From the NCBI GenBank assembly GCA_964057225.1, contig OZ059900.1:4154001-4218000 (forward strand): a stretch of DNA of 64,000 nucleotides, in the 5' to 3' direction. The notes under the pieces were generated by a model. The model saw only the letters and a list, made by a program, of their open reading frames with translations, was not told the DNA's origin and ran no database searches. This DNA is from Auanema rhodensis. Lineage: Eukaryota > Animalia > Nematoda. Position numbers and translations under genes: made by a program. Shown piece after piece: positions 9,718 to 25,024 of the stretch. Numbering within the stretch: position 1 is the first letter of the stretch; each line of letters begins with the position of its first letter.

Positions 9718-11689
9718 CGCAATAGAGAATCCATTATTTCTTACTAAACAATATAAATATCGAGAAGTAGAATAATTTTTTTTTCCCAATTCACCAAAAA
9801 AATTAAGAAAGTTGAAAAATCACACAGAAACGACACATTATAGAAAATATTCACATTTTTCAATGTGAACAAGTAAAATTGCAGATAACGAAAATTATTG
9901 TAAAAATTTTCTCCTGCTACCTTACGATTGTGATATCGTTTCGGTGAATAGTGTAACAATCTTCAGATATTATTTCATAATGTTTATATTCCGATGAAAC
10001 ATTCCAGTAAAAATTTTATGTAAAATACTTTTCCTGCAAAAATACACCTACAAACTACTTTTCCTGCAAAATTACACGAAAAAAAATTTTTCCTGCAAAA
10101 ATACACAAAGAAAAAGTTTTCATGTATAAATACACGAAAAATAATTTTTCCTGCAAAAATACACAAAGAAAAAGTTTTCATGTATAAATACACAAAGAAA
10201 AAGTTTTCATGTATAAATACACGAAGAAACTACTTTTCCTGCAAAAATACACAAAGAAAAAGTTTTCATGTATAAATACACGAAAAATAATTTTTCCTGC
10301 AAAAATACACAAAGAAAAAGTTTTCATGTATAAATACACAAAGAAAAAGTTTTCATGTATAAATACACGAAGAAACTACTTTTCCTGCAAAAATACACAA
10401 AGAAAAAGTTTTCATGTATAAATACACGAAAAAAAGTTTTTCCTGCAAAAATACACGAAGAAACTACTTTTACCGCAAAAATACACGAAGAAACTACTTT
10501 TCCTGCAAAAATACACCTACAAATTACATTTCCTGCAAAAATACACGAAAAAAAATTTTTCCTGCAAAAATACACAAAGAAAAAGTTTTCATGTATAAAC
10601 ACACGAAAAAAAATTTTTCCTGCAAAAATACACGAAGAAACTACTTTTCTTGCAAAAATACACAAAGAAAAAGTTTTCCTGCAAATATACACGAAAAAAA
10701 ATTTTTCCTGCAAAAATACACGAAAAAAAATTTTTCTCCCTGCAAAAATGCGAAAAAAAAAAATTTATTCAGAAATACTTCCCCGAAGACATATGGTATC
10801 AAAATTTCGTTCCTCTCTCATTTACTTGATTGATTCTGTCAGCGCTGTATGCTCAAGTAAAAGATTAAGCCATGCATGTATAAAGTTCATCATTTTTGAG
10901 AAACTGCAATAGGCTCACAGCTCAGAGACCAAAAAAATTTCCAAGTCCAAAAAAAATTTTTTTTTCAACATGTTTTCACGATACTCTCAAAACATTTTTT
11001 ACACATTTTTAAAGAGTTTTAACATTGGAATTGAGAAACAAAATTTTTTTTTTACTTGATTGATTCTGTCAGCGCTGTAGCTTTCGTCAAGGATTAAGCC
11101 ATGCCAACCGCTCACCGACCACAAAAAAATTTTTTTCACGTACTTGATTGATTCTGTCAGCGCTGTATGCTCAAGTAAAAGATTAAGCCATGCATGTAGA
11201 AAGTTGAACTTTTTAAGCCAAACCGCCAACCGACCAAAAATTTTGTCTAGTCAAAAATTATGGAAATTTTTGAAAAAATATGCAAATTTTTTTTTTCAAA
11301 ACTATTTTTCAGAGTAGTCTTATTCTATTTTCTGACTCTTTTTACATATTTTACACTATATATGAAATATGTTTTGGAAAATTTCCCGATATGGCTTAAT
11401 CCTTGAGGAAAGCTACAGCGCTGACAGAATCAATCAAGTAAAATTTGCCATTTTTATCAAAATTTTTGATTTTTTAAATTAAAATTCTCGGGTGACCATT
11501 TATATGCGCTTTTTTTTGAAAAATGGTTCCAATATTCCAATAAAGTATACTTTTTCTTACAAATAAAGTATACCTTTTCTTACAAATAAAGTATACCTTT
11601 TTTAAAATAAGGTATCAATATTGCTATCGCTATATACAATCAATAAAACGTTATTTGAAACAAGAATAAGGTATACTTTCAGGTATAAA

Positions 11690-11761
11690 ACAAAACATCC
11701 AATCAAAGGATAGTCTCAACAGATCGCAGTTTATAAAGACTGCTCTACTGGATACAACACC
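11690..11761 (-). rRNA. 28S 3'-terminal fragment
   Basis: Copy of 2794-2865. Confidence 0.88.
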
Positions 11762-12605
11762 TACGAATGCCCCCGAATCGTCCCTATTAATCATTAATTC
11801 GACTCTCAAACCAATAAATAGAACCGAAGTCCTCTTTTATTATTCCATGATAGCACATACAAGCAATCGCTTGCTTTGAGCGCTTTGATTTATTCAAAGT
11901 AAACCCGAGCCAGTATACACACCGAAGTACATACACAAAACCGACAAAATAGACACATCTATGATTACCGGCAAGCCGTATCACAGAAAATGCCTCAGAT
12001 CCAACTACGAGCTTTTTAACTACAGCAATAACGTTTTACACTAGTGGAGCTGGAATTACCGCGGCTGCTGGCACCAGACTTGCCCTCCACTGGGTCCTTG
12101 TAGAGCTATTTAAGCTCAGCTCAGTGAAATAATCAATCTAAAAAGATTGATCTTTTTATTTTTAGTTACTATCTCACTGAAGTAGTGGATAAGTTACGCG
12201 CCTGCTGCCTTCCTTGGATGTGGTAGCCGTTTCTAAGGCTCCCTCTCCGGAGTCGAACCCTAATTCTCCGTTACCCGTGATCACCATGGTAAAACTCTAT
12301 ATTACCATCAGGTTGATAGGGCAAACATTAATCTCGAAAAAAGACAGTAAAACCGTCGATTAACTGGGTTATTCAGAGTCAACAAACATTAAATTGGTTT
12401 GTACTAATAACTGCGTTGAACTTGGGAAGAAGAACAACTATTAAGCATGTATTAGCTCCAGAATTACCACAGTTATCCATAGAAATCGAGAAAAATCATA
12501 TCTGCTCTAATGAGCCGTTCGCAGTTTCTCAAAAATAATGAACTTTATACATGCATGGCTTAATCTTTTACTTGAGCATACAGCGCTGACAGAATCAATC
12601 AGATT
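11762..12605 (-). rRNA. 18S 5' fragment (truncated)
   Basis: Copy of 2866-3709. Confidence 0.97.
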
Positions 12606-14751
12606 CGCAATAGAGAATCCATTATTTCTTACTAAACAATATAAATATCGAGAAGTAGAATAATTTTTTTTTCCCAATTCACCAAAAAAATTAAGAAAGT
12701 TGAAAAATCACACAGAAACGACACATTATAGAAAATATTCACATTTTTCAATGTGAACAAGTAAAATTGCAGATAACGAAAATTATTGTAAAAATTTTCT
12801 CCTGCTACCTTACGATTGTGATATCGTTTCGGTGAATAGTGTAACAATCTTCAGATATTATTTCATAATGTTTATATTCCGATGAAACATTCCAGTAAAA
12901 ATTTTATGTAAAATACTTTTCCTGCAAAAATACACCTACAAACTACTTTTCCTGCAAAATTACACGAAAAAAAATTTTTCCTGCAAAAATACACAAAGAA
13001 AAAGTTTTCATGTATAAATACACGAAAAATAATTTTTCCTGCAAAAATACACAAAGAAAAAGTTTTCATGTATAAATACACAAAGAAAAAGTTTTCATGT
13101 ATAAATACACGAAGAAACTACTTTTCCTGCAAAAATACACAAAGAAAAAGTTTTCATGTATAAATACACGAAAAATAATTTTTCCTGCAAAAATACACAA
13201 AGAAAAAGTTTTCATGTATAAATACACAAAGAAAAAGTTTTCATGTATAAATACACGAAGAAACTACTTTTCCTGCAAAAATACACAAAGAAAAAGTTTT
13301 CATGTATAAATACACGAAAAAAAGTTTTTCCTGCAAAAATACACGAAGAAACTACTTTTACCGCAAAAATACACGAAGAAAAAGTTTTCATGTATAAATA
13401 CACGAAAAATAATTTTTCCTGCAAAAATACACAAAGAAAAAGTTTTCATGTATAAATACACAAAGAAAAAGTTTTCATGTATAAATACACGAAGAAACTA
13501 CTTTTCCTGCAAAAATACACAAAGAAAAAGTTTTCATGTATAAATACACGAAGAAACTACTTTTCCTGCAAAAATACACAAAGAAAAAGTTTTCATGTAT
13601 AAATACACGAAAAATAATTTTTCCTGCAAAAATACACAAAGAAAAAGTTTTCATGTATAAACACACGAAAAAAAATTTTTCCTGCAAAAATACACGAAGA
13701 AACTACTTTTCTTGCAAAAATACACAAAGAAAAAGTTTTCCTGCAAATATACACGAAAAAAAATTTTTCCTGCAAAAATACACGAAAAAAAATTTTTCTC
13801 CCTGCAAAAATGCGAAAAAAAAAAATTTATTCAGAAATACTTCCCCGAAGACATATGGTATCAAAATTTCGTTCCTCTCTCATTTACTTGATTGATTCTG
13901 TCAGCGCTGTATGCTCAAGTAAAAGATTAAGCCATGCATGTATAAAGTTCATCATTTTTGAGAAACTGCAATAGGCTCACAGCTCAGAGACCAAAAAAAT
14001 TTCCAAGTCCAAAAAAAATTTTTTTTTCAACATGTTTTCACGATACTCTCAAAACATTTTTTACACATTTTTAAAGAGTTTTAACATTGGAATTGAGAAA
14101 CAAAATTTTTTTTTTACTTGATTGATTCTGTCAGCGCTGTAGCTTTCGTCAAGGATTAAGCCATGCCAACCGCTCACCGACCACAAAAAAATTTTTTTCA
14201 CGTACTTGATTGATTCTGTCAGCGCTGTATGCTCAAGTAAAAGATTAAGCCATGCATGTAGAAAGTTGAACTTTTTAAGCCAAACCGCCAACCGACCAAA
14301 AATTTTGTCTAGTCAAAAATTATGGAAATTTTTGAAAAAATATGCAAATTTTTTTTTTCAAAACTATTTTTCAGAGTAGTCTTATTCTATTTTCTGACTC
14401 TTTTTACATATTTTACACTATATATGAAATATGTTTTGGAAAATTTCCCGATATGGCTTAATCCTTGAGGAAAGCTACAGCGCTGACAGAATCAATCAAG
14501 TAAAATTTGCCATTTTTATCAAAATTTTTGATTTTTTAAATTAAAATTCTCGGGTGACCATTTATATGCGCTTTTTTTTGAAAAATGGTTCCAATATTCC
14601 AATAAAGTATACTTTTTCTTACAAATAAAGTATACCTTTTCTTACAAATAAAGTATACCTTTTTTAAAATAAGGTATCAATATTGCTATCGCTATATACA
14701 ATCAATAAAACGTTATTTGAAACAAGAATAAGGTATACTTTCAGGTATAAA

Positions 14752-14823
14752 ACAAAACATCCAATCAAAGGATAGTCTCAACAGATCGCAGTTTATAAAG
14801 ACTGCTCTACTGGATACAACACC
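14752..14823 (-). rRNA. 28S 3'-terminal fragment
   Basis: Copy of 2794-2865. Confidence 0.88.
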
Positions 14824-15667
14824 TACGAATGCCCCCGAATCGTCCCTATTAATCATTAATTCGACTCTCAAACCAATAAATAGAACCGAAGTCCTCTTTT
14901 ATTATTCCATGATAGCACATACAAGCAATCGCTTGCTTTGAGCGCTTTGATTTATTCAAAGTAAACCCGAGCCAGTATACACACCGAAGTACATACACAA
15001 AACCGACAAAATAGACACATCTATGATTACCGGCAAGCCGTATCACAGAAAATGCCTCAGATCCAACTACGAGCTTTTTAACTACAGCAATAACGTTTTA
15101 CACTAGTGGAGCTGGAATTACCGCGGCTGCTGGCACCAGACTTGCCCTCCACTGGGTCCTTGTAGAGCTATTTAAGCTCAGCTCAGTGAAATAATCAATC
15201 TAAAAAGATTGATCTTTTTATTTTTAGTTACTATCTCACTGAAGTAGTGGATAAGTTACGCGCCTGCTGCCTTCCTTGGATGTGGTAGCCGTTTCTAAGG
15301 CTCCCTCTCCGGAGTCGAACCCTAATTCTCCGTTACCCGTGATCACCATGGTAAAACTCTATATTACCATCAGGTTGATAGGGCAAACATTAATCTCGAA
15401 AAAAGACAGTAAAACCGTCGATTAACTGGGTTATTCAGAGTCAACAAACATTAAATTGGTTTGTACTAATAACTGCGTTGAACTTGGGAAGAAGAACAAC
15501 TATTAAGCATGTATTAGCTCCAGAATTACCACAGTTATCCATAGAAATCGAGAAAAATCATATCTGCTCTAATGAGCCGTTCGCAGTTTCTCAAAAATAA
15601 TGAACTTTATACATGCATGGCTTAATCTTTTACTTGAGCATACAGCGCTGACAGAATCAATCAGATT
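14824..15667 (-). rRNA. 18S 5' fragment (truncated)
   Basis: Copy of 2866-3709. Confidence 0.97.
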
Positions 15668-18106
15668 CGCAATAGAGAATCCATTATTTCTTACTAAACA
15701 ATATAAATATCGAGAAGTAGAATAATTTTTTTTTCCCAATTCACCAAAAAAATTAAGAAAGTTGAAAAATCACACAGAAACGACACATTATAGAAAATAT
15801 TCACATTTTTCAATGTGAACAAGTAAAATTGCAGATAACGAAAATTATTGTAAAAATTTTCTCCTGCTACCTTACGATTGTGATATCGTTTCGGTGAATA
15901 GTGTAACAATCTTCAGATATTATTTCATAATGTTTATATTCCGATGAAACATTCCAGTAAAAATTTTATGTAAAATACTTTTCCTGCAAAAATACACCTA
16001 CAAACTACTTTTCCTGCAAAATTACACGAAAAAAAATTTTTCCTGCAAAAATACACAAAGAAAAAGTTTTCATGTATAAATACACGAAAAATAATTTTTC
16101 CTGCAAAAATACACAAAGAAAAAGTTTTCATGTATAAATACACAAAGAAAAAGTTTTCATGTATAAATACACGAAGAAACTACTTTTCCTGCAAAAATAC
16201 ACAAAGAAAAAGTTTTCATGTATAAATACACGAAAAATAATTTTTCCTGCAAAAATACACAAAGAAAAAGTTTTCATGTATAAATACACAAAGAAAAAGT
16301 TTTCATGTATAAATACACGAAGAAACTACTTTTCCTGCAAAAATACACAAAGAAAAAGTTTTCATGTATAAATACACGAAAAAAAGTTTTTCCTGCAAAA
16401 ATACACGAAGAAACTACTTTTACCGCAAAAATACACGAAGAAAAAGTTTTCATGTATAAATACACGAAAAATAATTTTTCCTGCAAAAATACACAAAGAA
16501 AAAGTTTTCATGTATAAATACACAAAGAAAAAGTTTTCATGTATAAATACACGAAGAAACTACTTTTCCTGCAAAAATACACAAAGAAAAAGTTTTCATG
16601 TATAAATACACGAAGAAACTACTTTTCCTGCAAAAATACACAAAGAAAAAGTTTTCATGTATAAATACACGAAAAATAATTTTTCCTGCAAAAATACACA
16701 AAGAAAAAGTTTTCATGTATAAATACACAAAGAAAAAGTTTTCATGTATAAATACACGAAGAAACTACTTTTCCTGCAAAAATACACAAAGAAAAAGTTT
16801 TCATGTATAAATACACGAAAAATAATTTTTCCTGCAAAAATACACAAAGAAAAAGTTTTCATGTATAAATACACAAAGAAAAAGTTTTCATGTATAAATA
16901 CACGAAGAAACTACTTTTCCTGCAAAAATACACAAAGAAAAAGTTTTCATGTATAAATACACGAAAAAAAGTTTTTCCTGCAAAAATACACGAAGAAACT
17001 ACTTTTACCGCAAAAATACACGAAGAAACTACTTTTCCTGCAAAAATACACCTACAAATTACATTTCCTACAAAAATACACAAAAAAAAATTTTTCCCTG
17101 CAAAAATTCTAAAAAAAAATTTTTCCCTTGTAAAAATTCACTAAAAAATTTTTCTCCCTGCAAAAATGCGAAAAAAAAAATTTATTCAGAAATACTTCCC
17201 CGAAGACATATGGTATCAAAATTTCGTTCCTCTCTCATTTACTTGATTGATTCTGTCAGCGCTGTATGCTCAAGTAAAAGATTAAGCCATGCATGTATAA
17301 AGTTCATCATTTTTGAGAAACTGCGATAGGCTCACAGCTCAGAGACCAAAAAAATTTCCAAGTCCAAAAAAAATTTTTTTTTCAACATGTTTTCACGATA
17401 CTCTCAAAACATTTTTTACACATTTTTAAAGAGTTTTAACATTGGAATTGAGAAACAAAATTTTTTTTTTACTTGATTGATTCTGTCAGCGCTGTAGCTT
17501 TCGTCAAGGATTAAGCCATGCCAACCGCTCACCGACCACAAAAAAATTTTTTTCACGTACTTGATTGATTCTGTCAGCGCTGTATGCTCAAGTAAAAGAT
17601 TAAGCCATGCATGTAGAAAGTTGAACTTTTTAAGCCAAACCGCCAACCGACCAAAAATTTTTTCTAGTCAAAAATTATGGAAATTTTTGAAAAAATATGC
17701 AAATTTTTTTTTTCAAAACTATTTTTCAGAGTAGTCTTATTCTATTTTCTGACTCTTTTTACATATTTTACACTATATATGAAATATGTTTTGGAAAATT
17801 TCCCGATATGGCTTAATCCTTGAGGAAAGCTACAGCGCTGACAGAATCAATCAAGTAAAATTTGCCATTTTTATCAAAATTTTTGATTTTTTAAATTAAA
17901 ATTCTCGGGTGACCATTTATATGCGCTTTTTTTTGAAAAATGGTTCCAATATTCCAATAAAGTATACCTTTTCTTACAAATAAAGTATACCTTTTCTTAC
18001 AAATAAAGTATACCTTTTTTAAAATAAGGTATCAATATTGCTATCGCTATATACAATCAATAAAACGTTATTTGAAACAAGAATAAGGTATACTTTCAGG
18101 TATAAA

Positions 18107-18178
18107 ACAAAACATCCAATCAAAGGATAGTCTCAACAGATCGCAGTTTATAAAGACTGCTCTACTGGATACAACACC
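18107..18178 (-). rRNA. 28S 3'-terminal fragment
   Basis: Copy of 2794-2865. Confidence 0.88.
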
Positions 18179-19022
18179 TACGAATGCCCCCGAATCGTCC
18201 CTATTAATCATTAATTCGACTCTCAAACCAATAAATAGAACCGAAGTCCTCTTTTATTATTCCATGATAGCACATACAAGCAATCGCTTGCTTTGAGCGC
18301 TTTGATTTATTCAAAGTAAACCCGAGCCAGTATACACACCGAAGTACATACACAAAACCGACAAAATAGACACATCTATGATTACCGGCAAGCCGTATCA
18401 CAGAAAATGCCTCAGATCCAACTACGAGCTTTTTAACTACAGCAATAACGTTTTACACTAGTGGAGCTGGAATTACCGCGGCTGCTGGCACCAGACTTGC
18501 CCTCCACTGGGTCCTTGTAGAGCTATTTAAGCTCAGCTCAGTGAAATAATCAATCTAAAAAGATTGATCTTTTTATTTTTAGTTACTATCTCACTGAAGT
18601 AGTGGATAAGTTACGCGCCTGCTGCCTTCCTTGGATGTGGTAGCCGTTTCTAAGGCTCCCTCTCCGGAGTCGAACCCTAATTCTCCGTTACCCGTGATCA
18701 CCATGGTAAAACTCTATATTACCATCAGGTTGATAGGGCAAACATTAATCTCGAAAAAAGACAGTAAAACCGTCGATTAACTGGGTTATTCAGAGTCAAC
18801 AAACATTAAATTGGTTTGTACTAATAACTGCGTTGAACTTGGGAAGAAGAACAACTATTAAGCATGTATTAGCTCCAGAATTACCACAGTTATCCATAGA
18901 AATCGAGAAAAATCATATCTGCTCTAATGAGCCGTTCGCAGTTTCTCAAAAATAATGAACTTTATACATGCATGGCTTAATCTTTTACTTGAGCATACAG
19001 CGCTGACAGAATCAATCAGATT
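18179..19022 (-). rRNA. 18S 5' fragment (truncated)
   Basis: Copy of 2866-3709. Confidence 0.97.
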
Positions 19023-21133
19023 CGCAATAGAGAATCCATTATTTCTTACTAAACAATATAAATATCGAGAAGTAGAATAATTTTTTTTTCCCAATTCACC
19101 AAAAAAATTAAGAAAGTTGAAAAATCACACAGAAACGACACATTATAGAAAATATTCACATTTTTCAATGTGAACAAGTAAAATTGCAGATAACGAAAAT
19201 TATTGTAAAAATTTTCTCCTGCTACCTTACGATTGTGATATCGTTTCGGTGAATAGTGTAACAATCTTCAGATATTATTTCATAATGTTTATATTCCGAT
19301 GAAACATTCCAGTAAAAATTTTATGTAAAATACTTTTCCTGCAAAAATACACCTACAAACTACTTTTCCTGCAAAATTACACGAAAAAAAATTTTTCCTG
19401 CAAAAATACACAAAGAAAAAGTTTTCATGTATAAATACACGAAAAATAATTTTTCCTGCAAAAATACACAAAGAAAAAGTTTTCATGTATAAATACACAA
19501 AGAAAAAGTTTTCATGTATAAATACACGAAGAAACTACTTTTCCTGCAAAAATACACAAAGAAAAAGTTTTCATGTATAAATACACGAAAAATAATTTTT
19601 CCTGCAAAAATACACAAAGAAAAAGTTTTCATGTATAAATACACAAAGAAAAAGTTTTCATGTATAAATACACGAAGAAACTACTTTTCCTGCAAAAATA
19701 CACAAAGAAAAAGTTTTCATGTATAAATACACGAAAAAAAGTTTTTCCTGCAAAAATACACGAAGAAACTACTTTTACCGCAAAAATACACGAAGAAACT
19801 ACTTTTCCTGCAAAAATACACCTACAAATTACATTTCCTGCAAAAATACACGAAAAAAAATTTTTCCTGCAAAAATACACAAAGAAAAAGTTTTCATGTA
19901 TAAACACACGAAAAAAAATTTTTCCTGCAAAAATACACGAAGAAACTACTTTTCTTGCAAAAATACACAAAGAAAAAGTTTTCCTGCAAATATACACGAA
20001 AAAAAATTTTTCCTGCAAAAATACACGAAAAAAAATTTTTCCTGCAAAAATACACGAAAAAAAATTTTTCCTACAAAAATACACAAAAAAAAATTTTTCC
20101 CTGCAAAAATTCTAAAAAAAAATTTTTCCCTTGTAAAAATTCACTAAAAAATTTTTCTCCCTGCAAAAATGCGAAAAAAAAAAATTTATTCAGAAATACT
20201 TCCCCGAAGACATATGGTATCAAAATTTCGTTCCTCTCTCATTTACTTGATTGATTCTGTCAGCGCTGTATGCTCAAGTAAAAGATTAAGCCATGCATGT
20301 ATAAAGTTCATCATTTTTGAGAAACTGCGATAGGCTCACAGCTCAGAGACCAAAAAAATTTCCAAGTCCAAAAAAAATTTTTTTTTCAACATGTTTTCAC
20401 GATACTCTCAAAACATTTTTTACACATTTTTAAAGAGTTTTAACATTGGAATTGAGAAACAAAATTTTTTTTTTACTTGATTGATTCTGTCAGCGCTGTA
20501 GCTTTCGTCAAGGATTAAGCCATGCCAACCGCTCACCGACCACAAAAAAATTTTTTTCACGTACTTGATTGATTCTGTCAGCGCTGTATGCTCAAGTAAA
20601 AGATTAAGCCATGCATGTAGAAAGTTGAACTTTTTAAGCCAAACCGCCAACCGACCAAAAATTTTTTCTAGTCAAAAATTATGGAAATTTTTGAAAAAAT
20701 ATGCAAATTTTTTTTTTCAAAACTATTTTTCAGAGTAGTCTTATTCTATTTTCTGACTCTTTTTACATATTTTACACTATATATGAAATATGTTTTGGAA
20801 AATTTCCCGATATGGCTTAATCCTTGAGGAAAGCTACAGCGCTGACAGAATCAATCAAGTAAAATTTGCCATTTTTATCAAAATTTTTGATTTTTTAAAT
20901 TAAAATTCTCGGGTGACCATTTATATGCGCTTTTTTTTGAAAAATGGTTCCAATATTCCAATAAAGTATACCTTTTCTTACAAATAAAGTATACCTTTTC
21001 TTACAAATAAAGTATACCTTTTCTTACAAATAAAGTATACCTTTTTTAAAATAAGGTATCAATATTGCTATCGCTATATACAATCAATAAAACGTTATTT
21101 GAAACAAGAATAAGGTATACTTTCAGGTATAAA

Positions 21134-21205
21134 ACAAAACATCCAATCAAAGGATAGTCTCAACAGATCGCAGTTTATAAAGACTGCTCTACTGGATACA
21201 ACACC
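21134..21205 (-). rRNA. 28S 3'-terminal fragment
   Basis: Copy of 2794-2865. Confidence 0.88.
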
Positions 21206-22049
21206 TACGAATGCCCCCGAATCGTCCCTATTAATCATTAATTCGACTCTCAAACCAATAAATAGAACCGAAGTCCTCTTTTATTATTCCATGATAGCAC
21301 ATACAAGCAATCGCTTGCTTTGAGCGCTTTGATTTATTCAAAGTAAACCCGAGCCAGTATACACACCGAAGTACATACACAAAACCGACAAAATAGACAC
21401 ATCTATGATTACCGGCAAGCCGTATCACAGAAAATGCCTCAGATCCAACTACGAGCTTTTTAACTACAGCAATAACGTTTTACACTAGTGGAGCTGGAAT
21501 TACCGCGGCTGCTGGCACCAGACTTGCCCTCCACTGGGTCCTTGTAGAGCTATTTAAGCTCAGCTCAGTGAAATAATCAATCTAAAAAGATTGATCTTTT
21601 TATTTTTAGTTACTATCTCACTGAAGTAGTGGATAAGTTACGCGCCTGCTGCCTTCCTTGGATGTGGTAGCCGTTTCTAAGGCTCCCTCTCCGGAGTCGA
21701 ACCCTAATTCTCCGTTACCCGTGATCACCATGGTAAAACTCTATATTACCATCAGGTTGATAGGGCAAACATTAATCTCGAAAAAAGACAGTAAAACCGT
21801 CGATTAACTGGGTTATTCAGAGTCAACAAACATTAAATTGGTTTGTACTAATAACTGCGTTGAACTTGGGAAGAAGAACAACTATTAAGCATGTATTAGC
21901 TCCAGAATTACCACAGTTATCCATAGAAATCGAGAAAAATCATATCTGCTCTAATGAGCCGTTCGCAGTTTCTCAAAAATAATGAACTTTATACATGCAT
22001 GGCTTAATCTTTTACTTGAGCATACAGCGCTGACAGAATCAATCAGATT
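21206..22049 (-). rRNA. 18S 5' fragment (truncated)
   Basis: Copy of 2866-3709. Confidence 0.97.
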
Positions 22050-24108
22050 CGCAATAGAGAATCCATTATTTCTTACTAAACAATATAAATATCGAGAAGT
22101 AGAATAATTTTTTTTTCCCAATTCACCAAAAAAATTAAGAAAGTTGAAAAATCACACAGAAACGACACATTATAGAAAATATTCACATTTTTCAATGTGA
22201 ACAAGTAAAATTGCAGATAACGAAAATTATTGTAAAAATTTTCTCCTGCTACCTTACGATTGTGATATCGTTTCGGTGAATAGTGTAACAATCTTCAGAT
22301 ATTATTTCATAATGTTTATATTCCGATGAAACATTCCAGTAAAAATTTTATGTAAAATACTTTTCCTGCAAAAATACACCTACAAACTACTTTTCCTGCA
22401 AAATTACACGAAAAAAAATTTTTCCTGCAAAAATACACAAAGAAAAAGTTTTCATGTATAAATACACGAAAAATAATTTTTCCTGCAAAAATACACAAAG
22501 AAAAAGTTTTCATGTATAAATACACAAAGAAAAAGTTTTCATGTATAAATACACGAAGAAACTACTTTTCCTGCAAAAATACACAAAGAAAAAGTTTTCA
22601 TGTATAAATACACGAAAAATAATTTTTCCTGCAAAAATACACAAAGAAAAAGTTTTCATGTATAAATACACGAAGAAACTACTTTTCCTGCAAAAATACA
22701 CAAAGAAAAAGTTTTCATGTATAAATACACGAAAAAAAGTTTTTCCTGCAAAAATACACGAAGAAACTACTTTTACCGCAAAAATACACGAAGAAACTAC
22801 TTTTCCTGCAAAAATACACCTACAAATTACATTTCCTGCAAAAATACACGAAAAAAAATTTTTCCTGCAAAAATACACAAAGAAAAAGTTTTCATGTATA
22901 AACACACGAAAAAAAATTTTTCCTGCAAAAATACACGAAGAAACTACTTTTCTTGCAAAAATACACAAAGAAAAAGTTTTCCTGCAAATATACACGAAAA
23001 AAAATTTTTCCTGCAAAAATACACGAAAAAAAATTTTTCCTGCAAAAATACACGAAAAAAAATTTTTCCTACAAAAATACACAAAAAAAAATTTTTCCCT
23101 GCAAAAATTCTAAAAAAAAATTTTTCCCTTGTAAAAATTCACTAAAAAATTTTTCTCCCTGCAAAAATGCGAAAAAAAAAAATTTATTCAGAAATACTTC
23201 CCCGAAGACATATGGTATCAAAATTTCGTTCCTCTCTCATTTACTTGATTGATTCTGTCAGCGCTGTATGCTCAAGTAAAAGATTAAGCCATGCATGTAT
23301 AAAGTTCATCATTTTTGAGAAACTGCGATAGGCTCACAGCTCAGAGACCAAAAAAATTTCCAAGTCCAAAAAAAATTTTTTTTTCAACATGTTTTCACGA
23401 TACTCTCAAAACATTTTTTACACATTTTTAAAGAGTTTTAACATTGGAATTGAGAAACAAAATTTTTTTTTTACTTGATTGATTCTGTCAGCGCTGTAGC
23501 TTTCGTCAAGGATTAAGCCATGCCAACCGCTCACCGACCACAAAAAAATTTTTTTCACGTACTTGATTGATTCTGTCAGCGCTGTATGCTCAAGTAAAAG
23601 ATTAAGCCATGCATGTAGAAAGTTGAACTTTTTAAGCCAAACCGCCAACCGACCAAAAATTTTGTCTAGTCAAAAATTATGGAAATTTTTGAAAAAATAT
23701 GCAAATTTTTTTTTCCAAAACTATTTTTCAGAGTAGTCTTATTCTATTTTCTGACTCTTTTTACATATTTTACACTATATATGAAATATGTTTTGGAAAA
23801 TTTCCCGATATGGCTTAATCCTTGAGGAAAGCTACAGCGCTGACAGAATCAATCAAGTAAAATTTGCCATTTTTATCAAAATTTTTGATTTTTTAAATTA
23901 AAATTCTCGGGTGACCATTTATATGCGCTTTTTTTTGAAAAATGGTTCCAATATTCCAATAAAGTATACTTTTTCTTACAAATAAAGTATACCTTTTCTT
24001 ACAAATAAAGTATACCTTTTTTAAAATAAGGTATCAATATTGCTATCGCTATATACAATCAATAAAACGTTATTTGAAACAAGAATAAGGTATACTTTCA
24101 GGTATAAA

Positions 24109-24180
24109 ACAAAACATCCAATCAAAGGATAGTCTCAACAGATCGCAGTTTATAAAGACTGCTCTACTGGATACAACACC
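24109..24180 (-). rRNA. 28S 3'-terminal fragment
   Basis: Copy of 2794-2865. Confidence 0.88.
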
Positions 24181-25024
24181 TACGAATGCCCCCGAATCGT
24201 CCCTATTAATCATTAATTCGACTCTCAAACCAATAAATAGAACCGAAGTCCTCTTTTATTATTCCATGATAGCACATACAAGCAATCGCTTGCTTTGAGC
24301 GCTTTGATTTATTCAAAGTAAACCCGAGCCAGTATACACACCGAAGTACATACACAAAACCGACAAAATAGACACATCTATGATTACCGGCAAGCCGTAT
24401 CACAGAAAATGCCTCAGATCCAACTACGAGCTTTTTAACTACAGCAATAACGTTTTACACTAGTGGAGCTGGAATTACCGCGGCTGCTGGCACCAGACTT
24501 GCCCTCCACTGGGTCCTTGTAGAGCTATTTAAGCTCAGCTCAGTGAAATAATCAATCTAAAAAGATTGATCTTTTTATTTTTAGTTACTATCTCACTGAA
24601 GTAGTGGATAAGTTACGCGCCTGCTGCCTTCCTTGGATGTGGTAGCCGTTTCTAAGGCTCCCTCTCCGGAGTCGAACCCTAATTCTCCGTTACCCGTGAT
24701 CACCATGGTAAAACTCTATATTACCATCAGGTTGATAGGGCAAACATTAATCTCGAAAAAAGACAGTAAAACCGTCGATTAACTGGGTTATTCAGAGTCA
24801 ACAAACATTAAATTGGTTTGTACTAATAACTGCGTTGAACTTGGGAAGAAGAACAACTATTAAGCATGTATTAGCTCCAGAATTACCACAGTTATCCATA
24901 GAAATCGAGAAAAATCATATCTGCTCTAATGAGCCGTTCGCAGTTTCTCAAAAATAATGAACTTTATACATGCATGGCTTAATCTTTTACTTGAGCATAC
25001 AGCGCTGACAGAATCAATCAGATT
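24181..25024 (-). rRNA. 18S 5' fragment (truncated)
   Basis: Copy of 2866-3709. Confidence 0.97.
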
